Shown: positions 28,887-39,271, counted from the stretch's first letter. The stretch is 64,000 nt of DNA from a virus (IMGVR_UViG_2675903278_000002); one strand, 5' to 3'. Notes: generated by a model from the letters alone, not told the origin. Made by a program: numbers and translations.

Positions 28887-29501
28887 ATGTTCGGGATGTC
28901 AATTACTCAATCAGATGGAAGTTTGTGGATGAGTCCAGAATTTACTCCGCAAAATCTGATTAATAAAGGGACAATGTCTACATCTAAAGGTTCTGTTTTT
29001 CAAACATCAATCCCATCAAACAAATCATGCTTTTTCTTCATAAAAAGCAGTAATAAGGCGAACATGATGTTTATTCATGAGCATAGTAACGGATACAATG
29101 CTCTCAGATTGCATCAGGTAAATGGTAGCCCCGGAACAATAACAGTTTATGCTTTTTCTGATATGGTGTTACCACATTCTGGCTATGGCATTGCCATGTA
29201 TAACAGCGCAGGCGCAATGGTGTATCACGGTGAGATGATGCCCCTTGATGCGAAACTTATCACTATTTCTGACCCTCAATTTACAATAGATATGGGGTAT
29301 CCATGTGCGGTAATGCCTGCTATGGTTGGGGTATATAACTATAGACGAACCGATTACGACAGACCTGTCTATGTAACAATGACAGGTGCAACTGGAAACC
29401 AAGTATATAACGGTCAATGGTATTCCGGTAATGTCACATGGGATATTAAGAAGATTTATACAAACAAAATTCTGGTGATAAATACCTCCAAGTATGATTA
29501 G
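28887..29501 (+). CDS. hypothetical protein (low-GC insert)
   Basis: 204 aa from in-frame ATG 2 nt after upstream stop; Tyr/Asn/Gly-rich. Confidence 0.45.
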   Translation: MFGMSITQSDGSLWMSPEFTPQNLINKGTMSTSKGSVFQTSIPSNKSCFFFIKSSNKANMMFIHEHSNGYNALRLHQVNGSPGTITVYAFSDMVLPHSGYGIAMYNSAGAMVYHGEMMPLDAKLITISDPQFTIDMGYPCAVMPAMVGVYNYRRTDYDRPVYVTMTGATGNQVYNGQWYSGNVTWDIKKIYTNKILVINTSKYD

Positions 29502-29604
29502 CCAATGCCTTTATTTGAAGGATTGCCTGTTTATTTCTATTTAGTACCTTTTCATTTTTGAAATAATTGCACCATTAAACAAATCACTTCTTAATGGTGC
29601 AATT

Positions 29605-31290
29605 ATGAATACAGCCCTTTCCATCATCGACGATGCCAACTCAAACACTGCTATCGACTATCGGCAGGAAATGAACGTCATCCACGAAATTGTGGCCGAG
29701 TGCGAGAAAGAGATCGCCTTCATGTATCAGGTACACGACTTCGTTTATGGCGACGAACGCCACAACATGATTAATCGCCTGCTGAGACTAAACCATCGAC
29801 CAGATGAAGATCGCTCGCGTTTAAATCGAGGTTGGTTGGATAAAGTCGATCTGGAATGGGTGAAACAGAATATTTGGGCCGAGTACTGGAGGAAGGTCAC
29901 GGACATGACTAACGTTTTGCTGATCATGCCAGCTTCCCGTCGAGATGAGTGGCGCGAGCAGTTTATAGAGGGCAAACAGGAAGTCATCAAAACTGACAGA
30001 ACCGGCTACCAGATGAAGGTTAAAGAGTTCGTTGGTGTACCGGAGTTCAAAGCAGAAACGGTCATACCCACGATGCTTAATTTGCTGAATGACAGGCACA
30101 AATATCTCTCTGAGCGCGTGTATGGCTTGTTTAAGGCGCTGAGTCCTGCGCACAAGACAAATAAGACAAACGGTTTCAGCGAACGTCTGATAATCGCTGA
30201 CTGCATTTCTGATTTCTGGCGGGACAGCGTTAGTGTGAACTATCGCAAAGAGGACTATATCGACGATCTGCGTGTCTTGCTTCATTTCTTCGCGCACAAA
30301 GAATTTATTACCATCAACCGCACTGCTGAGGTGCTATCAGCTGCGTATCGGGCAAACGACTGCCAGACCGGTGACTGGATGAACGTCGATGGAAATCTAA
30401 TGCGCGTGAAGATGTTCAAGAACGGCAACGTTCACTTTGAAATACATCCTGACGTGGCCTGGAAGTTGAATGAGGTGCTGGCTTACAGTATGCCTGCTGC
30501 AATCCCCGCGCCATGTCGCACCGCGCCAAAAACACGGGCACCAAAGCAGTTCGGGTTAATCCAGAAGACGATCTCCGTGCCGGTTCGCACTGCGCTTCGT
30601 GACGGGCGATTAAGCAAAGACAAAGGCGTATGGTACTTCTCTGATTCAGCTCTCCAGAAGTCGCAGGTGGAAGAGCTTGAGCGCACACTGAGCTTCATTG
30701 GCGGCGTGCAGGAGAAAAAGCACTGGCAGTTCCCGTATGAGATCGGCCATACGCTAAATACGATTGTGGCTACCGGATTAATACCGGATACAAAATCACA
30801 CCAGTTCTACCCTACCCCACGCTTGATTGCTGAGTACGTTGCCAGAGCCACTGAATTGAAGTCTGGTGAGAAGCTGCTGGAGCCTCAAGCCGGACGTGGG
30901 GATCTTCTGGCCTATATCAACGCCGATCTGGAAGATGTTACCTGCATAGAAATCGCACCTCTCTTCGCTGATATCCTGCGCGGAAAAGGGTATACGAACA
31001 CGATTTGCTGCGACTTCATAAAGTGGTCTGAGGACAACGTAGGTTATCAGTTCGACAAAATCGTTATGAACCCGCCGTACTCGCTTGGTCGTCATAGAGA
31101 GCACACGCTGGCTGCGCTGGGGCATCTGAAAGTCGGCGGGCGTCTTGTAGCAGTATTGCCGGGCACTGCGCCAATACTGGACTGGATGACGATGGATAAT
31201 TACGTTTATGCCAGAGGGAAGTCGTTTACCAACGAGTTTGAAGACACAGGGATCACAGTCAGCGTATACGTTTTCAAACGCGTTAAATGA
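29605..31290 (+). CDS. DNA methyltransferase with long N-terminal domain of unknown function
   Basis: C-terminal ~170 aa carry SAM motif I LLEPQAGRGDL and catalytic NPPYS; N-terminal ~390 aa without recognisable motifs. Confidence 0.6.
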   Translation: MNTALSIIDDANSNTAIDYRQEMNVIHEIVAECEKEIAFMYQVHDFVYGDERHNMINRLLRLNHRPDEDRSRLNRGWLDKVDLEWVKQNIWAEYWRKVTDMTNVLLIMPASRRDEWREQFIEGKQEVIKTDRTGYQMKVKEFVGVPEFKAETVIPTMLNLLNDRHKYLSERVYGLFKALSPAHKTNKTNGFSERLIIADCISDFWRDSVSVNYRKEDYIDDLRVLLHFFAHKEFITINRTAEVLSAAYRANDCQTGDWMNVDGNLMRVKMFKNGNVHFEIHPDVAWKLNEVLAYSMPAAIPAPCRTAPKTRAPKQFGLIQKTISVPVRTALRDGRLSKDKGVWYFSDSALQKSQVEELERTLSFIGGVQEKKHWQFPYEIGHTLNTIVATGLIPDTKSHQFYPTPRLIAEYVARATELKSGEKLLEPQAGRGDLLAYINADLEDVTCIEIAPLFADILRGKGYTNTICCDFIKWSEDNVGYQFDKIVMNPPYSLGRHREHTLAALGHLKVGGRLVAVLPGTAPILDWMTMDNYVYARGKSFTNEFEDTGITVSVYVFKRVK

Positions 31291-31351
31291 TAGGTAAATA
31301 CTTACCTAATTTGTGTAAGAATGTAGTTACTAAACGATAAGAGAAAAACAC

Positions 31352-32056
31352 ATGAACAACCTCCAGTTAGAGCATTTTAACGTCACAGGCCATTCTGATT
31401 TTCCTTTCAAGTTTACATTGAAAGGTTATGCAGAGGATGCGGTAGGCCAGATCATTATTGATAAAGGCATCGTTAAGTTTGAGGGGGATTTTGATGAATC
31501 CGCGAAAACATTCATAGACTTCGTTGCCAAACGTTGGAGCGAGCAATGGAAAAACCTGGAAAAGCGCGCCAATGAGTTTGATCGGTTCATGGATGCAATG
31601 GATACAGCAAAAGAGGCTCTTGATGCCGGGACTCCGTTAGATCTGGAGTCACTTTTCAACGGCGAAGTGGCCTCTGCGATGTTCGCCACCATGTTCGCGG
31701 GTGAGTTCGTCCGCAGCGGTGCCAAAAACTACCTTGAGCTGGATTACAACGTCCCTGCAATTGGCGATTTCGTCGTTACCATCCAACGCAAAGAAGGTAA
31801 GACGCCAGGTGAACGCGTCGCAGAACTTGAGGCTGTTGTGGATCAGCGTAACGGAGAGTGTGACCGTTTGATCAACGAGCTTCATGCACTTCGGGAAGAA
31901 AGAATATGCGCGGGTAGCAATACACGTAATGCAGCGGATATCTACTTCCAGTTAGTTGAGGAATGCCAGATTCCACCAGGCGGCTCTCTTGTCGATTACG
32001 TCAGACATTTAATGACGGAAGTTAACTCCAGCCATAAAGATGGTGAGGTGCGCTGA
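31352..32056 (+). CDS. hypothetical protein
   Basis: 234-aa ORF; leader AGAGAAAAACACATG. Confidence 0.5.
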   Translation: MNNLQLEHFNVTGHSDFPFKFTLKGYAEDAVGQIIIDKGIVKFEGDFDESAKTFIDFVAKRWSEQWKNLEKRANEFDRFMDAMDTAKEALDAGTPLDLESLFNGEVASAMFATMFAGEFVRSGAKNYLELDYNVPAIGDFVVTIQRKEGKTPGERVAELEAVVDQRNGECDRLINELHALREERICAGSNTRNAADIYFQLVEECQIPPGGSLVDYVRHLMTEVNSSHKDGEVR

Positions 32057-32436
32057 TGTTTGGCATTGACGCACAGCGTATAGCCGCTTTTGCAAAAAGC
32101 CCTCTTGATAATCCCTTGTCTCGTAGTGAGCAAATGGAGCTGGCAAGGCTTTTTCTTCACATTCAAAAACAGGCAGACGTTTTCAATAACATGCCTGATC
32201 AACCTATTCTGGATGGTCACATCCAGATGGTCATTAACAGTCATGAGAAAGGCTGGGCTGCAATCGTCCCCTGCACAATTACATACAAGTTGGCGAAAGA
32301 GGTTCAAGAGTTTCGAAAAGTCAGCGTCGAATCAGAGTCTACCAAAGCCGCAATAAACACTCTTATTCGCATGGGGTTCACATGGGACGGTGGAGCTTAC
32401 TGGCAAGCGCCTCAACCCATTTTATACGGCAATTAG
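32056..32436 (+). CDS. hypothetical protein
   Basis: 126-aa ORF, start overlaps upstream stop. Confidence 0.45.
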   Translation: MFGIDAQRIAAFAKSPLDNPLSRSEQMELARLFLHIQKQADVFNNMPDQPILDGHIQMVINSHEKGWAAIVPCTITYKLAKEVQEFRKVSVESESTKAAINTLIRMGFTWDGGAYWQAPQPILYGN

Positions 32437-32574
32437 GCGCTACAAATCCTTCTGCATGAATAAATAAAGGCCATAACTTATGGCCTTAAATAAATTGTTT
32501 TCTACATTTTCTTATTTGTGAAAATAAACCAGCACTTGGTAGTGCTTATGTAACAGCAAAGAAGAGAAAAACAC

Positions 32575-33030
32575 ATGAGTAACAAAATCGAAAATCCCGT
32601 AGTTCTCATTCACAAGCGCGAGAACCACGACTCCTATGCGGTGGCGATCACCAATGGGAGTCACGATTTTTACGATGGCCTGCTAATGGCCTCAGTGTCG
32701 CCTGATGAGGCAGACAACTCTTTTGCCGTCTTCGCTATGGTTGGTTACTACATGGCTGCTGAAATTGAGAAGTTGCGGGCGCAGAGAGACGCATTAGCGG
32801 CGGAGAATGCAGCCCTGAAAGAATCTGAGCGAGCATTCGATGCGATGTGTGCCGAGGAACACGGAGATAATTGGGTTAGCGAATTAACGGAGACTCCAGC
32901 CACCGATGCTTTTCTGGCTGAAGTACGTGCGCAGGGCGTGGAGATGTTTGCTGAGTGCGCATACACACTTGAACATCATGATCACGCAGTAGCTTTTGCC
33001 GCTGAGCTTCGTACAGGAAATAAACAGTGA
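32575..33030 (+). CDS. hypothetical protein
   Basis: 151-aa ORF; leader AGAGAAAAACACATG. Confidence 0.5.
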   Translation: MSNKIENPVVLIHKRENHDSYAVAITNGSHDFYDGLLMASVSPDEADNSFAVFAMVGYYMAAEIEKLRAQRDALAAENAALKESERAFDAMCAEEHGDNWVSELTETPATDAFLAEVRAQGVEMFAECAYTLEHHDHAVAFAAELRTGNKQ

Positions 33031-33593
33031 ATGAGATTTACTACCTGACGTTACGTGAACGTTATTCACCAAAACCAGCGCCTAAATGCTCTGTTTGTGG
33101 CGAGGAAATGTCAATACAGCGCATATCTGGAGCACATGTTGTTTATGCCTGTTCCGGTGAGAGTGATGACGGATATTTTAAGATAGGGCGTACTTTTGCA
33201 GATGAACATTATGAAAAATCACGCGTAACAGTAGTTGATGATAGTGATCCCGATGTGATTGCACTGCTGGACGAACTGGATAAAAGACAGCAACACATCC
33301 GACGTCTTGAGCAGGAGAACGTAGAGATGGCCCTAACGCTTGAGAAACTGCGTGTTGAGCTGGAGACCGTTAAACAGCGGGAAAAGGATCTGTTTATGGA
33401 AAATGTTCGACTTAAGTCAGGTATAGCAGGTCTGATACACCTCGGTATTCGATATGCGAATGTCGAAGTCATGAAAATAGCTGGAGATGCCCAGCTTTCT
33501 ACTCCCTGTACTGACAGCATCATAAACAGTATTGCATCAGGCGTTTTCACCAAAGAGGGTCAGCATTATGAGAACAGTAGAAGTTCGCGCTGA
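33027..33593 (+). CDS. hypothetical protein (CxxC-containing, coiled-coil)
   Basis: 188 aa, CSVCGEE motif. Confidence 0.45.
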   Translation: MNEIYYLTLRERYSPKPAPKCSVCGEEMSIQRISGAHVVYACSGESDDGYFKIGRTFADEHYEKSRVTVVDDSDPDVIALLDELDKRQQHIRRLEQENVEMALTLEKLRVELETVKQREKDLFMENVRLKSGIAGLIHLGIRYANVEVMKIAGDAQLSTPCTDSIINSIASGVFTKEGQHYENSRSSR

Positions 33594-33753
33594 AGATGTA
33601 ACCCCAGGTGATGTGGTCATAACATCTAAAGGCAAACGATGTGCGGTTAAATCTTTCTGGATGGAAGGTGACAAAGTGACTCTGTTCGGTACGGATGGTT
33701 CCGAAACGGATTATGACTACGACGAATTGCTTGTTGTTGAGAGAGCTGCCTAA
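33568..33753 (+). CDS. hypothetical small protein
   Basis: 61 aa from ATG 33568 (ORF track start 33532). Confidence 0.35.
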   Translation: MRTVEVRAEDVTPGDVVITSKGKRCAVKSFWMEGDKVTLFGTDGSETDYDYDELLVVERAA

Positions 33754-34511
33754 TGACCACCTTAACCAAAGAACAGTTAATCTCCCATGCACGCGAAAGC
33801 GTTAGTTATCTGGAAGACTTGAAAGGACGTGTTAGTAAAGAAGGTGCGGACTGCAAAGTTGTTATTGAGATGGTTGCACGAGATCTAAAACTGGCACGAA
33901 TTGCACTGGCCTCGCTTGAGGCAAAACCAATAGGTGCATTCCACATTGCAGAACAGCAAGTTGACGGCACAAGTGACTACCTCAAGGATGGAGAATGGCC
34001 TATTGATAATGGGACAATTGAAGTATACGCCGCCCCTCCAGTGCCAGTAGTACCGGAAGAAAAACCAATGCCTAACGCTCTAAGCATGCTTGAAAGAGAG
34101 ATCACACAACTGATTGGTGATGCGCAGGAAGCCACTGTTACTGGCTATGAGTTAATCGCTGAAGCTTGGCGTTTGATGGATGGACAAGACCCTAAAACCA
34201 GCGATTGGCATAGCAAGGCTTCGAAGTATTTAAATTCCAATATTGTAGAAAAAGTTGATGATGACCGTATTGAGGCTGTTAAGGCCGTTTTGCGTAGACT
34301 GGCTGGCAACCATCCGGATTTTCCGGATAGTTCCCAACAATCGCCCAAGAAAAGCGTAAAAACCACTCTGGAAAGAGGCTATCTTGAGGCCGCATTAAAG
34401 ATTAAGCCGGGCCATACGCTAGGCGTCATTGATGCCATGTTGGTTCATGAAATGGCGAAGGCTTTATTGCCGCTGGTGGCTGATAAAATTCCGAATAAGG
34501 CCGATATCTGA
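33753..34511 (+). CDS. hypothetical protein
   Basis: 252-aa ORF. Confidence 0.5.
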   Translation: MTTLTKEQLISHARESVSYLEDLKGRVSKEGADCKVVIEMVARDLKLARIALASLEAKPIGAFHIAEQQVDGTSDYLKDGEWPIDNGTIEVYAAPPVPVVPEEKPMPNALSMLEREITQLIGDAQEATVTGYELIAEAWRLMDGQDPKTSDWHSKASKYLNSNIVEKVDDDRIEAVKAVLRRLAGNHPDFPDSSQQSPKKSVKTTLERGYLEAALKIKPGHTLGVIDAMLVHEMAKALLPLVADKIPNKADI

Positions 34512-34556
34512 TCACCATGCTAAAATCCCCTCAATTCACAGAGGGGATTTTTGTAT

Positions 34557-34823
34557 ATGTTGCATAGAGTTTTATGGAAAAGCGTTATTGTCGGCGCGAT
34601 ACTGGCTATATCTGGGTGTGCAATGGTGCAATACAACGACGGTGAAAAGGTAAGCATACAGTCAGATGGTTGGTATGGCCTGGATAGCCTGCAAAAAACC
34701 GCAGATAAAGCCTGTCAGCAATATGGGAAGTCTAAAGCAGTATATCAGCATAGCGCGAACGCTAACCCTAATCTTGCGCCCGGTTCGGGTGTTCAGAATA
34801 CCATCTGGAAATGTGAGCCTTAA
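34557..34823 (+). CDS. small lipoprotein
   Basis: signal peptide with lipobox AISGC; 88 aa. Confidence 0.45.
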   Translation: MLHRVLWKSVIVGAILAISGCAMVQYNDGEKVSIQSDGWYGLDSLQKTADKACQQYGKSKAVYQHSANANPNLAPGSGVQNTIWKCEP

Positions 34824-34825
34824 AT

Positions 34826-35077
34826 ATGAGCGACTGGAATATTGCAGCTAAAAGTCAGGAAGAACGGGATAAGGTTAACGTTGATCTGGCTGCCAGCGGT
34901 GTGGCGTACAAAGAGCGATTGAACATACCTGTCATAGCTGAACAGGTAGCCCGCGAGCAACCAGAGAACCTGCGCACCTATTTCATGGAACGGTTACGGC
35001 ACTACCGGCAGTTAAGCCTCCAGTTGCCAAAAGGAAGCCATCCGGTGTATCAGAACGAGGATGCACCAAGAAAATAA
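34826..35077 (+). CDS. hypothetical protein
   Basis: 83-aa ORF. Confidence 0.4.
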   Translation: MSDWNIAAKSQEERDKVNVDLAASGVAYKERLNIPVIAEQVAREQPENLRTYFMERLRHYRQLSLQLPKGSHPVYQNEDAPRK

Positions 35078-35453
35078 CGGCAAGATGGGGAAGACATTAA
35101 ACATGCTTAACTATCACGACAACACGCGTTCTATGCAGACAATCCGCACCAATACAGCGGTGGTCGATAGCTTTCCTGTACATACTCAAGGCCGTGAAGA
35201 TACCGTGGAAGTGCGACGCATGTTGTGTCGCCGGTCACCAGGCCACCAGCACTTCATCGTAACGTTTAAAAGCGATGTAGAGCGCGCCGAGAAAATCTCT
35301 AACTCCACATCTCTGGTTAGTCCGTTGGCGGAGGTTATTGTGCGCAACAATAAGGCGCGCTTTGTCCTTGAGGAGCATCATTCTGATTTTAATGAAAAAA
35401 TTGAGTCAAGCATTTTGCAATATATGAATGGCAAGTTCACGCCACCAATGTGA
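35061..35453 (+). CDS. hypothetical protein
   Basis: 130-aa ORF; start uncertain. Confidence 0.4.
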   Translation: MHQENNGKMGKTLNMLNYHDNTRSMQTIRTNTAVVDSFPVHTQGREDTVEVRRMLCRRSPGHQHFIVTFKSDVERAEKISNSTSLVSPLAEVIVRNNKARFVLEEHHSDFNEKIESSILQYMNGKFTPPM

Positions 35454-35514
35454 TTAGCCCCCAGCGTGGCGCGCCTGCAAACCCCGCTTTCACAAACTAT
35501 GCCTTTTCAATGTA

Positions 35515-35534
35515 TACTGTATGAATAAACAGTA
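35515..35534 (+). promoter_or_regulatory. LexA (SOS) box
   Basis: TACTGTATGAATAAACAGTA matches CTGT-N8-ACAG consensus; ~20 nt upstream of the UmuD-prime-like start. Confidence 0.75.
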
Positions 35535-35552
35535 TCATTGAGGTAAAACGCT

Positions 35553-35942
35553 ATGGGCTTCCCTTCTCCTGCGGCGGATTATGCAGAGAGCCGTATTTCT
35601 CTTGATCAGCAACTAATCAGACATCCTTCAGCGACCTACTTCATGCGGGCAGCTGATAGTCATCATCGTGAGGGAATATTACAGGGTGCATTGCTGGTGG
35701 TCGATTCCTCACTTACCCCGGTTGATGGTTCTCTGCTTGTATGCGCTCTGGATGGGGAATATCGCGTAAAAAGATACCGGAAGTACCCACGTCAGCATCT
35801 GGAGGATTTAAGAACCGGTAAGAAGGAAGCATTGCCAAAGGATGACGATGGATGCACGGGCAGCAATGCCGTGTTTGGTGTGATCACTCACATTATCAAC
35901 GACGCAAGAAGTGGCGAGTTTGATGATTGTCCCGTGATGTAG
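35553..35942 (+). CDS. UmuD-prime-like protein (S24 peptidase fold, begins at the position of processed UmuD)
   Basis: N-terminus MGFPSPAADYAE corresponds to UmuD residues just after the autocleavage site; QLIRHPSATYF, ADS and VK motifs retained. Confidence 0.8.
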   Translation: MGFPSPAADYAESRISLDQQLIRHPSATYFMRAADSHHREGILQGALLVVDSSLTPVDGSLLVCALDGEYRVKRYRKYPRQHLEDLRTGKKEALPKDDDGCTGSNAVFGVITHIINDARSGEFDDCPVM

Positions 35943-35953
35943 GAGAACTGATT

Positions 35954-35979
35954 AGGCGGTGCATTGCACCGCCTTTTTA
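35954..35979. terminator. bidirectional terminator between UmuD-prime-like gene and apbC
   Basis: AGGCGGTGC-ATT-GCACCGCCT hairpin flanked by A/T runs. Confidence 0.65.
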
Positions 35980-37080
35980 TCACACTGCGCGGAATGCGAT
36001 TTCGCCAGGTATTACTTCACCTTGCCAATACATTTGGGCAGCAACGCGATCTGCGAGGTCACGATAAATAGCCGTAAATTCGCTATCTGGACGACTAATA
36101 ACGGTTGGTGTTCCGTTATCCAGATCTTCACGAAGAGAGATATGAAGTGGCATTTGGCCTAACAACTGCGTGTTGTATTTCTCGGCCAGTTTCTGTGCGC
36201 CACCGGTGCCAAAAATTGGCTCGTGATGACCGCAGTTACTGCAAATATGCACACTCATGTTTTCGACGATACCCAGTACCGGCACTTCGACTTTTTCGAA
36301 CATCACAATGCCTTTCTTCGCATCGATCAGCGCGATGTCTTGCGGCGTAGTTACCACAACCGCACCAGTTACAGGAATGTTCTGCGCCAGCGTCAACTGA
36401 ATATCACCAGTGCCCGGCGGCATATCGAGAACGAGATAGTCCAGATCAGGCCATAGAGTTTCCTGCAACATCTGCATCAGCGCCTTGCTGGCCATCGGTC
36501 CACGCCACACCATTGCATTGTCGTCGGTGACCAGATAACCAATAGAGTTGGTTGCCAGGCCATGAGACATGATAGGTGCCATGTGAGTACCGTCCGGTGA
36601 GGTTGGACGTTGGTTTTCCGCGCCCAGCATGGTTGGAATTGATGGACCATAGATATCGGCATCCAAAATACCAACTTTCGCACCTTCAGCAGCCAACGCC
36701 AGTGCCAGATTTACCGCCGTGGAGGATTTACCTACGCCGCCCTTGCCTGAGCTGACGGCGATAATGTTCTTAACGCCATTAATGCCTGGTTGGTTTTTGA
36801 CGCGCTTAAGCGTGGCAATGTTGTACGACAGCTTCCAGTCAATAGCCTTTGCGCCAGTGATACGGAGCAGATCACCACTACATTGCTCTTTCAGGTCTTC
36901 AAAAGGCTTATTCCACACGAAAGGCATGATTAGTTCGACATGCAGTGTGTCATCCATCAACGCAACATGGTGTAACGCTTTAAGCGTAGTCAGGTTGTGT
37001 TTCAGGGTTGGGTGCTGAAAATTAGCCAGCGTACCGGCTACCATTGCTCTCAGGGCATCCGGCGATTTGGACTCGCTCAT
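35980..37080 (-). CDS. apbC: Fe-S cluster carrier ATPase ApbC/Mrp
   Basis: 366 aa; near-identical to enterobacterial Mrp as recalled (SGKGGVGKS P-loop, CSNCGH motif); divergent from metG as in E. coli. Confidence 0.9.
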   Translation of the reverse strand: MSESKSPDALRAMVAGTLANFQHPTLKHNLTTLKALHHVALMDDTLHVELIMPFVWNKPFEDLKEQCSGDLLRITGAKAIDWKLSYNIATLKRVKNQPGINGVKNIIAVSSGKGGVGKSSTAVNLALALAAEGAKVGILDADIYGPSIPTMLGAENQRPTSPDGTHMAPIMSHGLATNSIGYLVTDDNAMVWRGPMASKALMQMLQETLWPDLDYLVLDMPPGTGDIQLTLAQNIPVTGAVVVTTPQDIALIDAKKGIVMFEKVEVPVLGIVENMSVHICSNCGHHEPIFGTGGAQKLAEKYNTQLLGQMPLHISLREDLDNGTPTVISRPDSEFTAIYRDLADRVAAQMYWQGEVIPGEIAFRAV

Positions 37081-37236
37081 CCCGTCTCCTTTATTTTAAT
37101 TTGCGCAATTGTCGCCTTGTAGTGTACTCCAGCTACGACATTTAATCATTTATGAGAAATGCTGTTATCACATGGCAGACATAAGGCCATTTTGTTACTA
37201 TCAAGCCCCTTTTCACTACAAAGAAGTAATGCCTAC

Positions 37237-39271
37237 TATGACCCAAGTCGCGAAGAAAATTCTGGTGACGTGCGCGCTGCCGTACGCTAACGGCTCAATC
37301 CACCTCGGCCATATGCTGGAGCACATCCAGGCTGATGTCTGGGTTCGTTACCAGCGAATGCGCGGCCACGAGGTTAATTTCATCTGTGCCGACGATGCCC
37401 ACGGTACGCCGATCATGCTGAAAGCACAGCAGCTTGGTATCACACCGGAGCAGATGATTGGCGAAATGAGTCAGGAACACCAGACTGATTTCGCAGGCTT
37501 TAACATCAGCTATGACAACTATCACTCGACGCACAGCGAAGAGAACCGTCAGTTGTCTGAGCTTATCTATACTCGCCTGAAAGAGAACGGTTTTATTAAA
37601 AACCGCACTATCTCTCAGTTGTACGACCCGGAAAAAGGCATGTTCCTGCCGGATCGTTTTGTAAAAGGCACCTGCCCGAAATGTAAAGCGCCAGATCAAT
37701 ACGGCGATAACTGTGAAGTCTGCGGCGCAACATATAGCCCGACTGAATTGATCGAGCCGAAATCGGTGGTTTCTGGCGCTACCCCGGTAATGCGTGATTC
37801 CGAACACTTCTTCTTTGATCTGCCTTCTTTCAGCGAAATGTTGCAGGCATGGACCCGCAGCGGCGCGTTGCAGGAGCAGGTGGCGAACAAAATGCAGGAA
37901 TGGTTTGAATCCGGCCTGCAACAGTGGGATATCTCCCGAGATGCGCCTTACTTCGGTTTTGAAATTCCGAACGCGCCGGGCAAATATTTCTACGTCTGGC
38001 TGGACGCGCCGATTGGCTACATGGGTTCCTTCAAGAATCTGTGCGACAAGCGCGGCGATACCACCAGCTTCGATGAATACTGGAAGAAAGACTCCACCGC
38101 CGAGCTGTACCACTTCATCGGTAAAGATATTGTTTACTTCCACAGCCTGTTCTGGCCTGCCATGCTGGAAGGCAGCAACTTCCGCAAGCCGACCAACCTG
38201 TTTGTTCACGGCTATGTGACGGTGAACGGCGCGAAGATGTCCAAGTCTCGCGGCACCTTTATTAAAGCCAGCACCTGGCTGAATCATTTTGACGCCGACA
38301 GCCTGCGTTACTACTACACTGCGAAACTCTCTTCGCGCATTGATGATATCGATCTCAACCTGGAGGATTTCGTTCAGCGCGTGAATGCCGATATCGTGAA
38401 CAAAGTGGTTAACCTGGCCTCCCGTAATGCAGGCTTTATCAACAAGCGTTTTGACGGCGTGCTGGCAAGCGAACTGGCTGACCCGCAACTGTACAAAACC
38501 TTTACTGATGCCGCTGAAGTGATTGGCGAAGCATGGGAAAGCCGCGAATTTGGTAAAGCTATCCGTGAAATCATGGCATTGGCTGACCTGGCTAACCGCT
38601 ATGTCGATGAACAGGCTCCGTGGGTGGTGGCGAAGCAGGAAGGACGCGATGCCGATCTGCAGGCGATTTGCTCTATGGGCATTAACCTGTTCCGCGTGCT
38701 GATGACGTACCTGAAGCCGGTACTGCCGAAACTGACTGAACGTGCAGAAGCATTCCTGAATACAGAACTGACCTGGGATGGTATCCAGCAACCGCTGCTG
38801 GGCCATAAAGTAAATCCGTTCAAGGCACTGTATAACCGCATCGATATGAAGCAGGTTGAAGCACTGGTGGAAGCATCCAAAGAAGAAGTGAAAGCCACAG
38901 CCGCACCGGTAACTGGCCCACTGGCTGACGACCCGATTCAGGAAACTATCACCTTTGACGACTTCGCCAAAGTTGACCTGCGCGTGGCGCTGATTGAAAA
39001 CGCAGAGTTTGTAGAAGGTTCTGACAAACTGCTTCGCCTGACGCTGGATCTCGGTGGTGAAAAGCGTAATGTCTTCTCAGGCATCCGTTCCGCTTATCCA
39101 GATCCACAGGCACTGATTGGTCGTCACACCATTATGGTGGCTAACCTGGCACCACGTAAAATGCGCTTCGGTATCTCTGAAGGCATGGTGATGGCTGCTG
39201 GCCCCGGCGGGAAAGATATCTTCCTGTTAAGCCCGGATGCTGGTGCTAAACCTGGCCACCAGGTTAAGTAA
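37237..39271 (+). CDS. metG: methionyl-tRNA synthetase
   Basis: 677 aa from [10 protein letters not shown]; HIGH-type [12 protein letters not shown] and KMSKS motifs; near-identical to E. coli MetG as recalled; large antisense ORF 37295..38806 rejected. Confidence 0.95.

Noticed and set aside
37295-38806. 503-aa ORF on the minus strand
   Set aside because: Lies entirely antisense within metG, whose identity is unambiguous; GC-rich coding regions commonly give long antisense ORFs.
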